This document shows, one piece after another, positions 21,987 through 34,780 of a stretch of 64,000 nt of DNA. The position numbers and the translations under genes are program-made. The DNA is taken from positions 350,796,001 through 350,860,000 of the forward strand of contig NC_088791.1 in the NCBI RefSeq assembly GCF_011386835.1, given 5' to 3'. The notes beneath the pieces were generated by a model, which did not search any database, was not told the DNA's origin, and saw only the letters and a list, made by a program, of their open reading frames with translations. This stretch comes from Chrysemys picta bellii. Taxonomy: Eukaryota. The stretch's first letter is position 1. Each line of letters begins with the position of its first letter.

Positions 21987-22934
21987 ATGTCAGATTCCAA
22001 CTCGACCGACTTCACAAACCCCTCCACCTTCATCCTGCTGGGCATTCCTGGCCTGGAGGCAGCCCAGGTCTGGATCTCCATCCCCTTCTGCACCATGTAC
22101 GTCATAGCCGTCTTGGGGAACTTCATCATCCTTTTCATCGTGAAGATGGAGCCGAGCCTCCATGGCCCCATGTACTATTTCCTCTGCATGCTGGCTGTCA
22201 CTGACCTCGTCCTGTGCACATGCACAATTCCCAAAATGCTGAGCATCTTCTGGTTCAATTCCAGGGAGATAGATTTCAATGCCTGCCTCACACAGATGTT
22301 CTTCATTCATTGCTTCTTTGCAATGGAGTCTGGGATCTTCTTGGCCATGGCTTTTGATCGCTTTGTGGCCATCTGTGATCCACTGAGACATTCCACCACC
22401 CTGACAAACCACCTGGTGGCCAAGATCGGCCTGGCTGTGACATTGCGTGGCAGCATATTCGCACTACCCTGTCCCTTGCTAGCAAGGCAGTGGCCATATT
22501 GCAGAACCAACATCATCCCCCACACATGCTGCGAGCACATAGCTGTGGTGAATCTGGCCTGCGCTGACATCCGCATCAGTAGTTACTATGGCCTCACTGT
22601 GGCAAACTTGGTCATCTGTCTAGATATGTTTTTTATAGCTGTGTCCTATACCCAGATCCTCAGGGCCATCTTCAGACTCCCCACAAAGGACGCCCGGCTC
22701 AAGACTTTTGGGACCTGTGGCTCCCACCTCTGTGCCATTTTAGCCTTTTACATCCCAGGTCTCTTTTCTGTCCTCACATATCGGTTTGGCCACCATGTGG
22801 CCCTGCATTTCCATGTTCTCTTTGCTAATGTGTGCCTCCTGGTGCCCCCCATGCTAAACCCCATCATTTTCGGTGTGAGGACAAAACAGATCCGGGACAG
22901 GCTGCTCCGGCTTTTTACTCATAAAGGGACCTAA
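21987..22934 (+). CDS. Class I olfactory receptor, family 52-like, intact, 315 aa (copy B1)
   Basis: First in-frame ATG is at 21987 (the track start 21963 is a TTG). NST sequon; LHGPMY; MAFDRFVAICDPLRH; HTCCEH; KTFGTCGSH; YRFG; PPMLNPIIFGVRTKQIR. Confidence 0.95.
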   Translation: MSDSNSTDFTNPSTFILLGIPGLEAAQVWISIPFCTMYVIAVLGNFIILFIVKMEPSLHGPMYYFLCMLAVTDLVLCTCTIPKMLSIFWFNSREIDFNACLTQMFFIHCFFAMESGIFLAMAFDRFVAICDPLRHSTTLTNHLVAKIGLAVTLRGSIFALPCPLLARQWPYCRTNIIPHTCCEHIAVVNLACADIRISSYYGLTVANLVICLDMFFIAVSYTQILRAIFRLPTKDARLKTFGTCGSHLCAILAFYIPGLFSVLTYRFGHHVALHFHVLFANVCLLVPPMLNPIIFGVRTKQIRDRLLRLFTHKGT

Positions 22935-23599
22935 AGTTTTCTCCTGGTGCTCTGGCTCTCAGCCCAAGCTCTGCACAGAGATGGTTTGTGACATGGTGCT
23001 GGGCCCTCTTCCCTGGATCATACTGGACAGTCAGAGAGACATTAAACTGTGCTGTACTAGCATGACAACTGGGGAACTGGTCTGTGTACAATACACTGAG
23101 TTGACAACTTTCAAATTGCTGGTAACTTGACCCCCAAGACAACACCCCTTGCCCCACCTCTTCAACCAAGGCTCTACACCTGCTGTAGAGGTAGCTCTTC
23201 CCTTCCCCCAAGGTCATGCCCCTGGCACTTGTTCCTTCTGTCCCTCTATCACTCACTGGATCATCTCCATGTCCTTCTCCCCGTGCTGCAAGAATGCCAT
23301 TTCAGATTTTGTAGGGCTGACAACTTCAATGATTATTCAAGGGGCTATTTAGGCACTCAAAACTCTAAATTTTTTGGCAGATAACTTAGCAAAGAGCTGA
23401 CAGGAGCACTGTATCTAATCCCTATATCATGAAAAAGAAAAAGAAATAAATATTAGACTCACTCAGCTCTAGTACTAACATATTCTGCCATTTTGTGGCA
23501 AGACATTTAAGGGACACTGCTTAGGTTTAAAATTTTAATGGATATACTTACTTTGTTACTAACTCTGTGGAGAAAGAGACCCTGTCAGCCACCCCGGAG

Positions 23600-25845
23600 T
23601 TCTATTTCAGCTCAGGGAGGGGAGAGGTTCTGGTGCATGATAGCGGGCATTAGAATGACCACACTGGGTAAGACCAATGGTCCATCTAGCCCAGTATCGT
23701 GTTTGCTGACAGTGGCCAATACCACATGGTTCAGAGGGAATGAACAGAACAAGCAATCATCAAACAAACCATCACCCACTACCAGGTTGTGGAAAACAGA
23801 TGATATAGACATGCAGAACGTGGTGTTTGATCTCTGCCCATCCTGGCCAATAAAAATGGATGGATCTATTGTCCATTAACTTATCTAGTTCTTATTGGAA
23901 TCTGTGAAGAAATTATTTCTTTTGTTTGTTTTAAATCTGCTGCCTATTAATTTCATTGGGTGATCCCTAGTTTTTGTTCCTTATTCAATTTCTCCACACC
24001 TGTAATGATTTTATAGAACCTCTATCATATCCCTCCTTACTCCTCCCTTTCCCAAGCTGAAAAGTCCCAATCTTTTTAATCTCGCCTCATACGGAAGGCA
24101 TTCCATACCCCTAATCATTTCTGTTGCCCTTCTCTGTACCTCTGCCACTTCCAATATATATATATATTTATTTCTATTCCAACCCCCTGCTCAAAGCAGG
24201 ACCAATCCCCAACTAAATCATCCAGCCAGGGCTTTGTCAAGCCAGACCCTAAAAACCTCTAGGATAGAGATTCCACTACACCCCTATGTAACCCATTCCA
24301 GTGCTTCACCACCCTCCTAATGAACCATCCCCTTTGGAACCCCCTTTCAGGTAGTTGAAAGCAGCTATCAAATCCCCCCTCATTCTTCTCTTCTGCAGAC
24401 TAAATTATCGCAGTTTCTTCAACCCCTCCTCATAAGTCATGTGCTCCAGGCCCCTAATATTTTTTGTTGCCCTCCACTGGACTCTAATTTTTCCACATCC
24501 TTCTTGTAGTGTGGGGCCCAAATCTGGACACAGTACTCCAGAGGAGGCCTCACCAATGCCAAATAGAGGGGACTGATCACGTCCCTCAATCTGCTGGCAA
24601 TGCTCCCACTTATAGAGTCCAAAATGTCGTTAGCCTTCTTGACAACAAGGGCACTGTTGACTCATATCAAGCTTCCCATCCACGGTAACCCCTAGGTCCC
24701 CCTCTGCAGAACTGCTGCCATGGGATTCACTTGTCCTTGTTGAACCTTATCAGATTGTCCCCTCAAAAGACTGTCCCCTCTCAGTCTTTTCTTTTTCAAA
24801 TTAAACAAACCCAGTTCTTTCAATCTTCCCTCATAGGTCAAGTTTTCCAGATACCTAATCATCCTTGTCACTCTTCTCTGGACTCTGTTCAATTTGTCCC
24901 TGTAGCGGGGTGAACGCCCGCTCCAGCCCTGAAGGGGTTGGAAAAGCCCTGCAGAGGGCTGGGGCAGTGTAAAGGGCAAAACCCTGATTGGGGAAGTGGC
25001 TACAGCTGGGGCCATGCCCCAAACTGAGCCACTTAGCCTTCTAAGAAGGCCAGGGCAGCCAGAGCAGAGGAGTCTCCCTCTGACTGGAGAGGGAGACAGG
25101 CCTGGCTGCAGGGGGCTCACCAGGGACCTAGAGGGAGGCAGGGCTGGGGAATGGCCTTTGGGGCTGGGAAGCCCTAGGCCAGCAACTCCCCAGACTGCAG
25201 GGCCTGGTCCTAGGCTCATATAGGTATTGGAGTTGCAGAGGGGCAAACTGAAGGTGGGTAAAGGCAGCCAGTCCAAACCCTTTGTTGCCGGTGATGATTG
25301 GCTGATAGACTGCCGTCTGCCCCAGGGCGCGGGGAGTAGATGGTGACTGGCAGTAGCCACGACTGAGGCAACATTGGGATAGGGGGTGAGGGTTCCCCTG
25401 GGTGGGGAGACCCAGAGAGAGTGGGGTGCTACCAGGGGGGCAGCACCCAAGCCAAGGGCACTGGGTTCCAGGAGGGACATGAGGCCAACAACAGGTGGGA
25501 CACCTGGCCTGCAGAGGGCGCTCCGGATGCTGGTGAGCTAATTCCCGAGATGACCAGTAGGAGGTGCCACAGGGGTGAGTCCGACCCCTTACAGTCCCTA
25601 AGTTCCTGAAATGTGGTGCCCAGAACTGGACACAATACTCCAATTGAGGCAAAATCAGTGCAAATGTACCATAGATTTATAGAGGCAATATGATATTTTC
25701 TGTCGTATTATCTATCCCTTTCCTAATAATTCCCAAGATTCTGTTCGCTTTTCTGATTGCCACTATTGTTTTCAGAGAACTATCCACAATGACTCCAAGA
25801 TTTTTTTTTTCTAATTTAGACCCTATCATTTTGTCTGTATAGTTT
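23600..25845 (-). mobile_element. Cluster of overlapping CR1 3' fragments, one of them split by a solo LTR
   Basis: Minus-strand ORFs include [29 protein letters not shown] (24437-24622), LNRVQRRVTRMIRYLENLTYEGRLKELG and [14 protein letters not shown]1 3' UTR sequence starts at about 24179. Confidence 0.8.
24901..25593. mobile_element. Solo LTR, 693 bp
   Basis: TGTAG...TTACA termini with a perfect 5-bp TSD GTCCC (24896-24900 and 25594-25598). The host CR1 rejoins across it. Confidence 0.88.
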
Positions 25846-27917
25846 TGAGGCACGGAATGACGTGCAGGTGATCTATTGAGTTTACCTAGGCGTGGATATT
25901 TCTTGTTCTGTCTAAAGTTGAGGAATTGTTTTAGCAACCCCCTTTTGCAAGGGCTGGGTCTTTTTGGTTTAATGACCCTGTGACCCAAAACAGAGAAACT
26001 GGAAACAAAGTGTTCCCGGCAGGGAGGTCTAGGAAGGGAGTGCTGCAGCAATTGGAGAGTCTGGGGAACAGAGCCAAAATGAGCCTCAGGGCCTTGGCAC
26101 TTGGTGAGCAGGTCTCTGCTGCAAGTGGGAGGCACTAGAATGAAAGCTTCATCCCTAGAGCAGGCCTAGAAACCCAGAGCCAGAGGCAGGGCCTGAACAC
26201 TGATGCAAGTAAAAATCACAAGGGTCCAATTTGTGGGACCCAAACACAACCACCTGTGTATGTGTGTGTGTGTTGGGGGGGGGGGTAACCACAAGAGCTT
26301 GAGTGGGGCTGTGATAGGAAACCTGAAGCTGCTACAAAGAAGCTAGGGGACTTTGAGTGGAAGGGGAGTGGGGCTGGCTGGGTATGTGTCCAAAAGCTAT
26401 TTGCTTCATCCAAACATGGTTAAACTGCTCACAGTGTTTCCCTGAGTGCTCTGGTTTCTAGATTGATCCAGCCGGATTCCCCGGAAGGAAATATTTCCTG
26501 CACCAGGAAGTTCTGGTTTGGGGTCAGGGAGAGAGTTTGTCTTTCCCTTTGAAAGTGCTCCCTAGAATGGCAGAAGCAGGGGGTCCCTGTTCAATTCAGT
26601 TACTACCCATCTCTCTCTCTCTCTCTGTCCCTATGCATTTGCATCCACCTCTCCCTTTCCTTTGTAACTCACCAGACACAGACACAGACGCGCCTCCCTC
26701 TCTCTGCCACTTCTAATGTGCATCCCACCCTAGGAACCAGTTAAAACGGCCAAGGGGCTATTTTTAAATTGACTTCAGTGCCCATTGCAGGTGTACCACT
26801 GCGAATCGCTGCAGCTGAGAGCTGATCTGGCTGGGCAAGAAGCCGGGTGCATTAGTCGGATTATTAATCACAGTAAAGCAAAGTCCCTGGCCATCAAGCA
26901 GCCTTAGGGTTGCCAGCTCGGTCATACTGGATGAATTTTCAGCAATGGTGTCCGGTCCTTCCCGTCAGACTGAGTTGGCACCCCTAAGCAACGTGCAGCT
27001 GAAAATTGCAAGCAGCTCAGTATGAACCTGTGTGGAGGGATAGCTGGGCAGGGGGCAGCTTCAGAGACAGGTCTGGAGGTTGCTCGAAAGCTGCGGGTAC
27101 TTGAACAGGACCAACTGCTGCCCTGTTCCCTTCCACAGCCTTTGTGGGGCTGTCCTGGCAGCAGGCTTGCGACAAAGCTACAGCTCAATAGAACAATGGG
27201 CACCCCACCTCCCATGGGTGGGAGCGATATGGAGGGGGGCTGAGGTTTCCCAGGCCTGTGGTTTCCAGCAGCTGCTTCATATCAAGGGGCTGCAGAAGAT
27301 CAGGAGAGAGGATATATTGAACCCAGCAACCACCCCCATCAGCTGTGTCAGTTTTGGCAGCTTTCTTGCTGGGGACACAGTACTAGAGTGAAAGACCAGC
27401 AAATTTTAAATGGGGCATACGGAGGAGCGCAGCTACACGACCTATTACGTGGACACCAGGAGCTTCAGTAACACAAGGCTACCACTGCGCGAATATATAA
27501 CCAGACCCCTGAAGCCCCTTTCCACAGATGGACCTGGGAAGCGCTTGGTCTGCAAGGAAGCTACATTCCTCTGGGATATGCAGTGAAGATTTTGAAGATG
27601 ATTGATGGGGTGAATGGCTCCCAAGATACTGTGGCAAAAAGATTGTTGATCCAGTAATGTGTGTGAGGCTGAGGTCTGACAAACAGAAAGCGCAGGTGAC
27701 ACTCGCTGAACAAGGAAAGTGAGAGGGACATTTTCAGAGTGTCACGTATTGCGCATGTGATGGGTAGCGGGGAAAACATTATTTCATTTTCCATTGCTCT
27801 GTACTTCCGTTTGCTTTTCTCCTGTGGTACGGACCAGAATGCAGTCTTTTCAGGACAGGGATGCATGTCTCATACAAAATTAGAATTCAGAGAGTTCTAG
27901 TTATATAAATATATTGC

Positions 27918-29537
27918 TGTAAACCTCTATACACCCAGGGCTGGTGCTACCATTAAGGCAAACTAGGCGGTTTCCTAGGGTGCCAAGATTTGGGGGCACC
28001 CTGCGGCAGCTCCCCCCCTGCCAGCCCGCCCTGAGGCACCCCCCCACAGCAGCTCCCCACCTCCCCAGCCGGGGAGCCATGCGGCAGCTCCCCGCCCCAG
28101 TTCACCTCTGCTCTGCCGCCTCCCCGAGCACGCCACCCCCGCTCCACTTCTCCCGCCCCCCCCAGGCTTGTGGCACCAATCAGCTGTTTGGTGCCACAAG
28201 CCTGGGAGGGGAGGAGAATTAAAGCGGGGGTGGTGTGCTCAGAGAGGAGGCGGAGCAGAGGTGAGCTGGGGTGGGGAGCTGCCACATGGCTCCCGGGGGG
28301 GGGGAGCTGCCGTGGGGGGAGGCGCCTCAGGGCAAAGGGGGGGCAGGAAGCTGCCACAGGGCTGGGGGGTGGCACAAGGTGGAAGTTTCGACTAGGGTGC
28401 GAAACTTCCTTGCACCGGCCCTGTATACACCAAAGCAACACCCCCATATTCACCACTGTTGTGTAATTGCAACAAATCTTGTACAAAATATGTCATGCAA
28501 GGTTTCTAGGGGAAAGTTGTGGTTTGCTGAATGATTATCCTATTTGTATGCATGTATCACTTTTGTATCTGAAGTTATCAGTACTGACGATGTGCCTGTA
28601 TTTCAAATGTGTTTGTTCCTGTGGTAGCTCCCACAAGGTAGCTTACATCCAGTCTACCCAGCACATTGGGAATGGACTATTCAAGTTGATGGCACATCAA
28701 TGAACACAATGGGTCATGGAAGAAGCTTATCCCTACCTGATGGACTTTCCTGTGCACGTTCTAGCCTGAATATGGGTAATGGTCCCTGCTATGATTCATG
28801 AAAGCACAGAAGGGCATGTGACCAGCTTATGTGATGCTGGACTCCATCTTTTGTCTGTACTTTTCCACTAACCATGTTGGGGATTTTGTTTGGGACAATG
28901 AAGTTGAAAAAAGACTGACTGGGGATGTGTAAAACCCGGCCCATGTATGGAAGAATGGATAACTGTTTGCACCATCAGGGTGAGACAGTGCTTGATTCAA
29001 AACCTGTCTCATTTATAGCACACAGATAGCAATTTTGCTTTATGGTAATCTACTTTGATCTGTACACTTGTTACTTATAATCAATTAATATCTATCTTTC
29101 TGTAATTTATGCATTCGATGTACATTTTTTACATAAAACAATGTGTTGTTTGAAGTATAAAGGCAAATCTGCTCAAGAAATCTGCTGCTGCTTTGTTCTC
29201 TCCACATTGAGGGAGGGACGGACTGGGTAATTAACTTGCACTGGTCAGGCATCTGACAAGGACAAGACGGTACAGCACTAGAGTCCTAGGCTGGGGAGCT
29301 GGGGGGAACTGGCTGAAACCTCTCTATTGTTACTTCATGAGTGGCTGGCAAAAACATTCACATAACTCAGCCGGGTGTGTCCCTGCCTGTGTATATTCGT
29401 GTGAGTGCAGCACCTGGAGGGGTTTGCAGCTTTTCACGTTATCACACTGTGAGTGGGAGCCCAGACTGGTATGCCAGAGAGCTCAGTGATACCCCAGTTC
29501 CAGATTGCAGCCTGCGGACATCTGTCATAGTATCACG
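27918..29537 (+). mobile_element. LTR (about 1.13 kb without the nested MITE) followed by a Gypsy-like internal region
   Basis: TGT start and degenerate ATCACG end. The 5' part is homologous to 53119/53338 onward and the 3' part to 12954-13324. It lies directly upstream of gag remnants. Confidence 0.65.
27936..28423. mobile_element. GC-rich hAT-type MITE, 488 bp, with an internal foldback
   Basis: TIRs CAGGGCTGGTGC / GCACCGGCCCTG and a perfect 8-bp TSD TATACACC (27928-27935 and 28424-28431). It is absent from the paralogous site at about 53135. Confidence 0.92.
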
Positions 29538-29699
29538 GCAAAGAGGGTGAAATCCACAATTTGTTCTGAGGAGATTTGCCTTTCATACACTGGTGTGGAG
29601 ATTTTAATTTAGATTTTATGTGTGATGGCTGGAGATCAGCTTAAGAGGTTACCAGTTTATTATTTTCTGTTTGCTTATTTCAGGAATGGGAAGTAGGGG

Positions 29700-30480
29700 C
29701 AGAAAAGAAGGAAGATGAGTGAAAACAGTGAATCAGTTGTGAAATTGGAGCACTTTGGATTACAGACAGTAGAAAAACAACAAAAGGAGAATTCTGCAGA
29801 TAAAATAGAGAGAGGCTGCCAGAGAGGAGGCTGAACACAGAAGGGCTATGGCACTAAAACAAGAAAAAACTGAAGAGAAAGAGAGAGAGCAGAAACACCA
29901 GTAGTTCTTGCTGGAAAAGCAGAAGCAGAGCCCTCCTACTCCATTGATTCCCACCTCTCCAAAGATCCATTGTGTCCTGCATATAATGAGGCAGGTGACA
30001 TTGCTGAATACTTTACTACCTTTGAGAGACTTTGTGTGATTCATAAGATTCCTGACTACCGAAATATGCCCTATTTAGTTGCAAAGTTGACTGAAAAAGC
30101 TCTGGATATATTCAATAAATTGCCAGTTGAGGATGCTTTAGATTATTGTATTCAGAATTTCAGATTACCCCTTAAGCACATAGAGCAAAATGTAGGAATC
30201 TTAAGAAGGGTGCTGGTAGGAGTAACGTGGAATATGTAACCAAATGAAAGATTTGATGGGAAAGTGGGCAATGGGTAAAGGTGTTACAAGCTTTGAAGGA
30301 ATGTTTGACCTTCTTGCTCAGGACCATGCCTTAAACATATGTAAAGATGTTGCAAAATAGTGGTTATAGGACAAGAGGGTAAAAACTCTGAATGAGGTGG
30401 CTTCTCTAGCTGATGATTTGAGCAAACACAGGCATCTATTGTGGGAAAAAAACACAGCAAGAGGGGTTTAAACTTGGTAG
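29700..30480 (+). pseudogene. Degenerate Gypsy (Gmr1-like) gag with a SCAN-related capsid segment
   Basis: ORF 29970-30239 reads CPAYNEAGDIAEYFTTFERLC...LVAKLTEKALDIFNKLPVEDALDY. The following frameshifted segment reads approximately ..WL*DKRVKTLNEVASLADD.., as in Gmr1/SCAN-type gags. A coiled-coil-like E/K-rich leader precedes it. Confidence 0.65.
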
Positions 30481-30963
30481 GACACAAGGGTCAAGTTTTA
30501 TTCCTGGGAAGAAAGAGGCTGGATGGGAGTCTGGGCACTCACCTCTCCAAAACCATTCCCATAATTCCTGACCTAAATCTCCTGTAAAAACAGAAGAGCT
30601 GAGAATTGCTATCATTGTAATTCCACTGCTCACCTGAGCAATAAATTCCCTGTGTTGGGGGGGAAAGCAGGCAGCAGGTATCTTATGTGGATGTTGTGAC
30701 CCTGTGCACAGAAGCCCCTCGGGCATCTGTCACTTGCCAAATTGGGTTTCTAAAAGTAGCCTAAATACAAGGCATGAAGCACATAAAGGCTGTCAACATT
30801 AATTGCAAGAACACTTTGGGTGGGAAGATACAGGGCAGAAATTTGTGTGGTTAGGTGAAATGTAGTGCAAGAAGGGGACATACTGCCAGGATAGAGTCCA
30901 GAGCTTTTCGAAGTAGACAGATAGAAAATCCTTGTGTCTTTGGCTAAAGTGCACATAGAAACA

Positions 30964-31234
30964 GGGCAGGCTTCACTACCTGCCGGATTGGCGGGTAGTG
31001 ATTGATCTATCAGGAGTCGATTTATCGTGTCTAGTGTAAATGCGATAAAATCGATCCCCGATTGCACTCCCCGTCGACTCCGGAACTGCAGCTTGCAAGA
31101 GGTGGAAGCGGAGTTGATGGGGGAGCAGCAGCGGTCGACTCACCGCCCTCCTCACAGCCAGGTAGGTCGACCTAAGAGTCGCGTAGCTGAAGTTGCGTAT
31201 CATAGGTCAACCCCAACGCTAGTGTAGACCTGAG
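30964..31234. mobile_element. CpG-rich MITE with GTCTACAC-type termini (probably Harbinger/PIF-like)
   Basis: Right end tagtgtagacctg and a degenerate left end. The body is clearly homologous to 51483-51693 and related to 34905-35150. The superfamily assignment rests on TIR style only. Confidence 0.6.
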
Positions 31235-32105
31235 CAGAGAGTTTGGAAGCTGTATGGTGGAGGTAATAAACAATGATACTATTTATGTGCTAATTGGCAA
31301 TGATTTCTTCCGTGTAGCTCAGGATGTTAAGGGGACCCCAGAAGAAAAGGAAAATCCTAGGAATTGCTGAAGGAATGGGAGAGTCTTCTCAATTACTATG
31401 CAGCAGTGCGAAACTGCATCCTACCAGGGGCCTGGGGTGGGGGCGGGGGTGAGACCAGCTCCTGCCCTGCAGCTGAAGGCTGTGTCTCCTCAGAGAGGGA
31501 GGAGTGCGTATTGCCTGCCCTTCCTGTTGGGTTTGGACTCACCACCGCTGGAGCCTCCCGCTGGTCGCTCTGGGAATTAGCTCTGTTCAGGTGTGGAGCG
31601 CCCTCTGCAGGTGGTGTGTCTCCCGTTGTCTGATGTGATGTTTAGCACCTGCATTGCTCCCCACTCGGTGGTGTCCTCTTCAGGACACTGCCCTCCAGGA
31701 GTGCCCACTACTCCATTCTCACCCTCTTCTAGGGGTATATGAGCAGTCCTAGTCCACTCCTGCCTTCGTGGCCACCTGCTACCCCAAAATCTAGTCCCTT
31801 GACTCAGGGACAAGGTGCAGTCCATTGGTCACACTCCCTCATGGTAAAGTTTGGTGTAAGGGTGGTGGAGGGGACCCAGCCCTGCCCACTACTCTGGGTG
31901 CAAATCAGGGACTGGGTAATTAATGTACCAGAATCCAGAACCTGTTGTATTCAAGATGAGAGGACATTTCCCATGGTAGGACATGCTTCCATGCCGACGA
32001 TGCTGATTAAAAAAGGCATTAATTAAATTTGTGACTGAACTCCTTGGGGGAGAATTGTATGTCTCCTATTCTGTTTTACCCACATTCTGCCATATATTTC
32101 ATGTG

Positions 32106-32783
32106 TCAGAGATGTAGCCATGTAAGTCTGTGTCCACAAAAACAATGAAGACTCCAGTGTCACCTTAAAGACTAACAGATTTATTTGGACATAAGCTTTC
32201 ATGGGAAAAGAGCCCCCTTCGTCAGATGTGTGGAGTGAAAATTACAGATACAGGCAAAAATATACCGGCACATGAAAAGAATCTCCTTTCCCTTATTACA
32301 AGTGGAGAACCAGTGCTGACAAGGCCAATTCAGTCAGGGTAGATGTGGGCCACTCCCAATAGCTGATGAGGAGGTGTCAATACCAAGAGAGGGAAAATTG
32401 CTTTTTTAGTGAGCCAGCCACACCCAGTCCCTATTTGAGCCTAAATCGATGGTGTTAAGTTTGCAAATGAATTGCAGCTCTGCAGTTTCTCTTTTTTTGA
32501 AGCCTTTTTGTTGCAGGATGGCTACTTTTAAATCTGTTACTGAGTGTCCATGGAGACTCAAGTGTTCTCCTACTGGTTTTTGTATTTTACTATTCCTGAT
32601 ATCTGATTTGTGTCCATTTATTCTTTTATGTAGAGACTGTCCGGTTTGGCCAATGAACATGGCAGAGGGGCATTGCTGGCGCATGATGGTATATATTACA
32701 TTGGTAGATGTGCAGGTGAATGAGCCCCTGATAGTGTGGCTGAGGTGGTTGGGTCCTATGACGGTGTCGCTAGACTAGATATA
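32106..32783 (-). mobile_element. 5'-truncated Penelope-like element (GIY-YIG 3' part plus pLTR)
   Basis: Minus ORF 32406-32684 reads CQQCPSAMFIGQT..KRINGHKSD..PVGEH..ETAELQFICKL, matching 40299-41117. The terminal repeat is homologous to 41180-41307. Confidence 0.9.
32189..32229 (-). ncRNA. Minimal type I hammerhead ribozyme motif in a Penelope pLTR (core intact)
   Basis: The minus strand reads ACAU-CUGACGA-A-GGGGGCUCUUUUCCCAU-GAAA-GCUU-AUGU, with stem I ACAU/AUGU and a palindromic AAGCUU helix III. Confidence 0.65.
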
Positions 32784-34780
32784 GGGATTGTGTCCATCAG
32801 CTGCTCTAATCACTGAGCAGCCACCTCCACCCTGTACAACCCCTCTTCGGCACATCCTGTGACAGGCCCTGGTAGCACATCTCTGATGAACCTGTGCTAG
32901 CTGGGAGCTGGACAGGGACCTAGAGAAGATGTAGAGGCAGAGAAATTGTGGGTGGGTGGGCCTAGCTCAGAGTGGATCACTCAGGTCTGTGCCTAACTTT
33001 GGAGATTCCTTTTCATTCCTCAGGGAGAAGGGAAAGGACCTGCCCTCTTGGAACAATTTTAGGGAAATCCGTAGGAAGTCTTATGGAATATCCTTTCCAT
33101 TCTTATTCTTATTTTTATTACTATATTTTATTTCAGCAAGATCACAGCTTTGACAGCATCATTGTTACCACTCAGCCACCCCGAGGTAGGTATGTGACTA
33201 ATCGGAACCATACGAACAGTGGTGACAAGCCCAGATTCCAGGAATAGAGCCTGCAGCCGGGCTGGTGCTGCCGACCAATTAGGTAGCATCACCTCTCATC
33301 TCATTGGCTGTGATGGGGGTTAAAACTGGTGCACACTATGCCAAGCAGCTGAGGTTCCCTGATGGCCAAATGGCCCCCAAGGGAATGTGCAGACATGCTT
33401 CATAAAGACAGTTCCCTCCCCTATCTGAACAGACACTGCCTGCTGCCTGTGCAACCTTGCCGATGACTCCTTGTTGTTTAGGGTGAAGACCTCTCATGTC
33501 AGCGGCTCACCGTCCAGCAGGAATTGGGTACGTTGGCAGGTTTCACTAGCTTTACAATGCGAAGTGAAGAGGAAAGGCTGCTGGTTGATTCTGTTTGCAA
33601 ATGTTCTGTGCAGTGGCAGAGGACACAGCTGGGCTGTCAGGGTGACTCAGTGACAGGGGCTGAAGGGCAAGGAGAGCTAGAGAGATTGGGAACCCCTCCC
33701 CGATATCTGCCCAAACTGCATGGTGGGTTGTTCAACCTCAACATGTTAAAACCCTGATTTACCAAGTCAGGATGTCTCAAGCGGTCCCTTTTCTTCCAGT
33801 GCCCTGTGCTCTCGGTCGGATTCTGCCACGGGCTGAGAGAGAGGAGACCCCACGGACTATCAGTGACTAGTTCCCAAATCACCTCAGGTTTATTTGCCTC
33901 TGGAAATTTTATCAGCAAATGTATTTTATTCTCTGACTTGATTGTGGATGCAGGAATAGGGCATATTTCTGTTTCCTGACTGGCTGAGGGCTCTAGAATC
34001 TTTGCCCTGTAAAGTTACAGGGCTACTGGAATCTGTGTCCCCTCCCTGAACCAAAATACTGTTTAATCTGAAGAGCAGGAAGAAAGTGTAACATGGGAGA
34101 ATAGGAGGGTTTTCAGAGAACTGTCTGTACATGTCTCTGACCCCAAGCCTTGAAACTCTGATGGGGATCCAAGCAGGTCAAGGGCTTTCAGATTTCCCAA
34201 GCAGTGTCTGTGAGTGTCAGTCGGAAGAGCTTCTCAGTAATAGCTACCCCATCTCTGGACAAACTCCCAGTCTTGGCAAAAGAAGCTGTGTAATGTGGCT
34301 GGAGCCTAGAAATAGGCTCTTACCAGCTTGTAGCTCCGGTCATGTCTCTCAGCTTCCCTGAAGTGCTAACGAAGAGATGGCTTTTCTTGAGCTGTTACTT
34401 CCCTACCACTTCGTTCTCCAGCAGCCTCTTATTAAACTAAGAGAAGCAGTACTGGTTTAACCTATTATAGCCATGGCATAAACATCCCAATCGTTAACCC
34501 AATATAGCTCTACAGCAAACATCCCCAGAACTGGGTTTAACAGACACATTCATTACGGCAGCTCAGCTCCCCATCTGTCCCAATGCCGTTCCCAGGTGGT
34601 ATGGATTTTGTGAATACAGGACATAGACAGTCATGGTGAGGAAGAGGAATAGACTACTTTCATGTGTGAAATGAAGTTGCATTTCAATGAATTCTCATGC
34701 AATTGACTTTGAAATCCAGTTCCTGCAAACCCTCATCATATCTGAATAACAGGTGCTGAGGTTACTATGTAATAGAGAGT

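Larger units (their letters stand above)
10970..23520 (+). repeat. Segmental duplication unit B1 (CR1(-), LTR 3' end, OR52 upstream region, OR52), paralogous to B2 (about 42756-51470) and B3 (about 53800-64000)
   Basis: The same module order and colinear sequence occur three times. Further downstream paralogy: 26450-26590 with 51900-52000, and 27650-28600 with 52820-53300. Confidence 0.88.

Noticed and set aside
24692-25652. 262-aa and 174-aa minus-strand ORFs
   Set aside because: Chance read-through across a GC-rich solo LTR fused to CR1 ORF2 remnants.
27944-28534. Dense overlapping ORFs on both strands
   Set aside because: They arise from the GC-rich palindromic MITE, which lacks stop codons.
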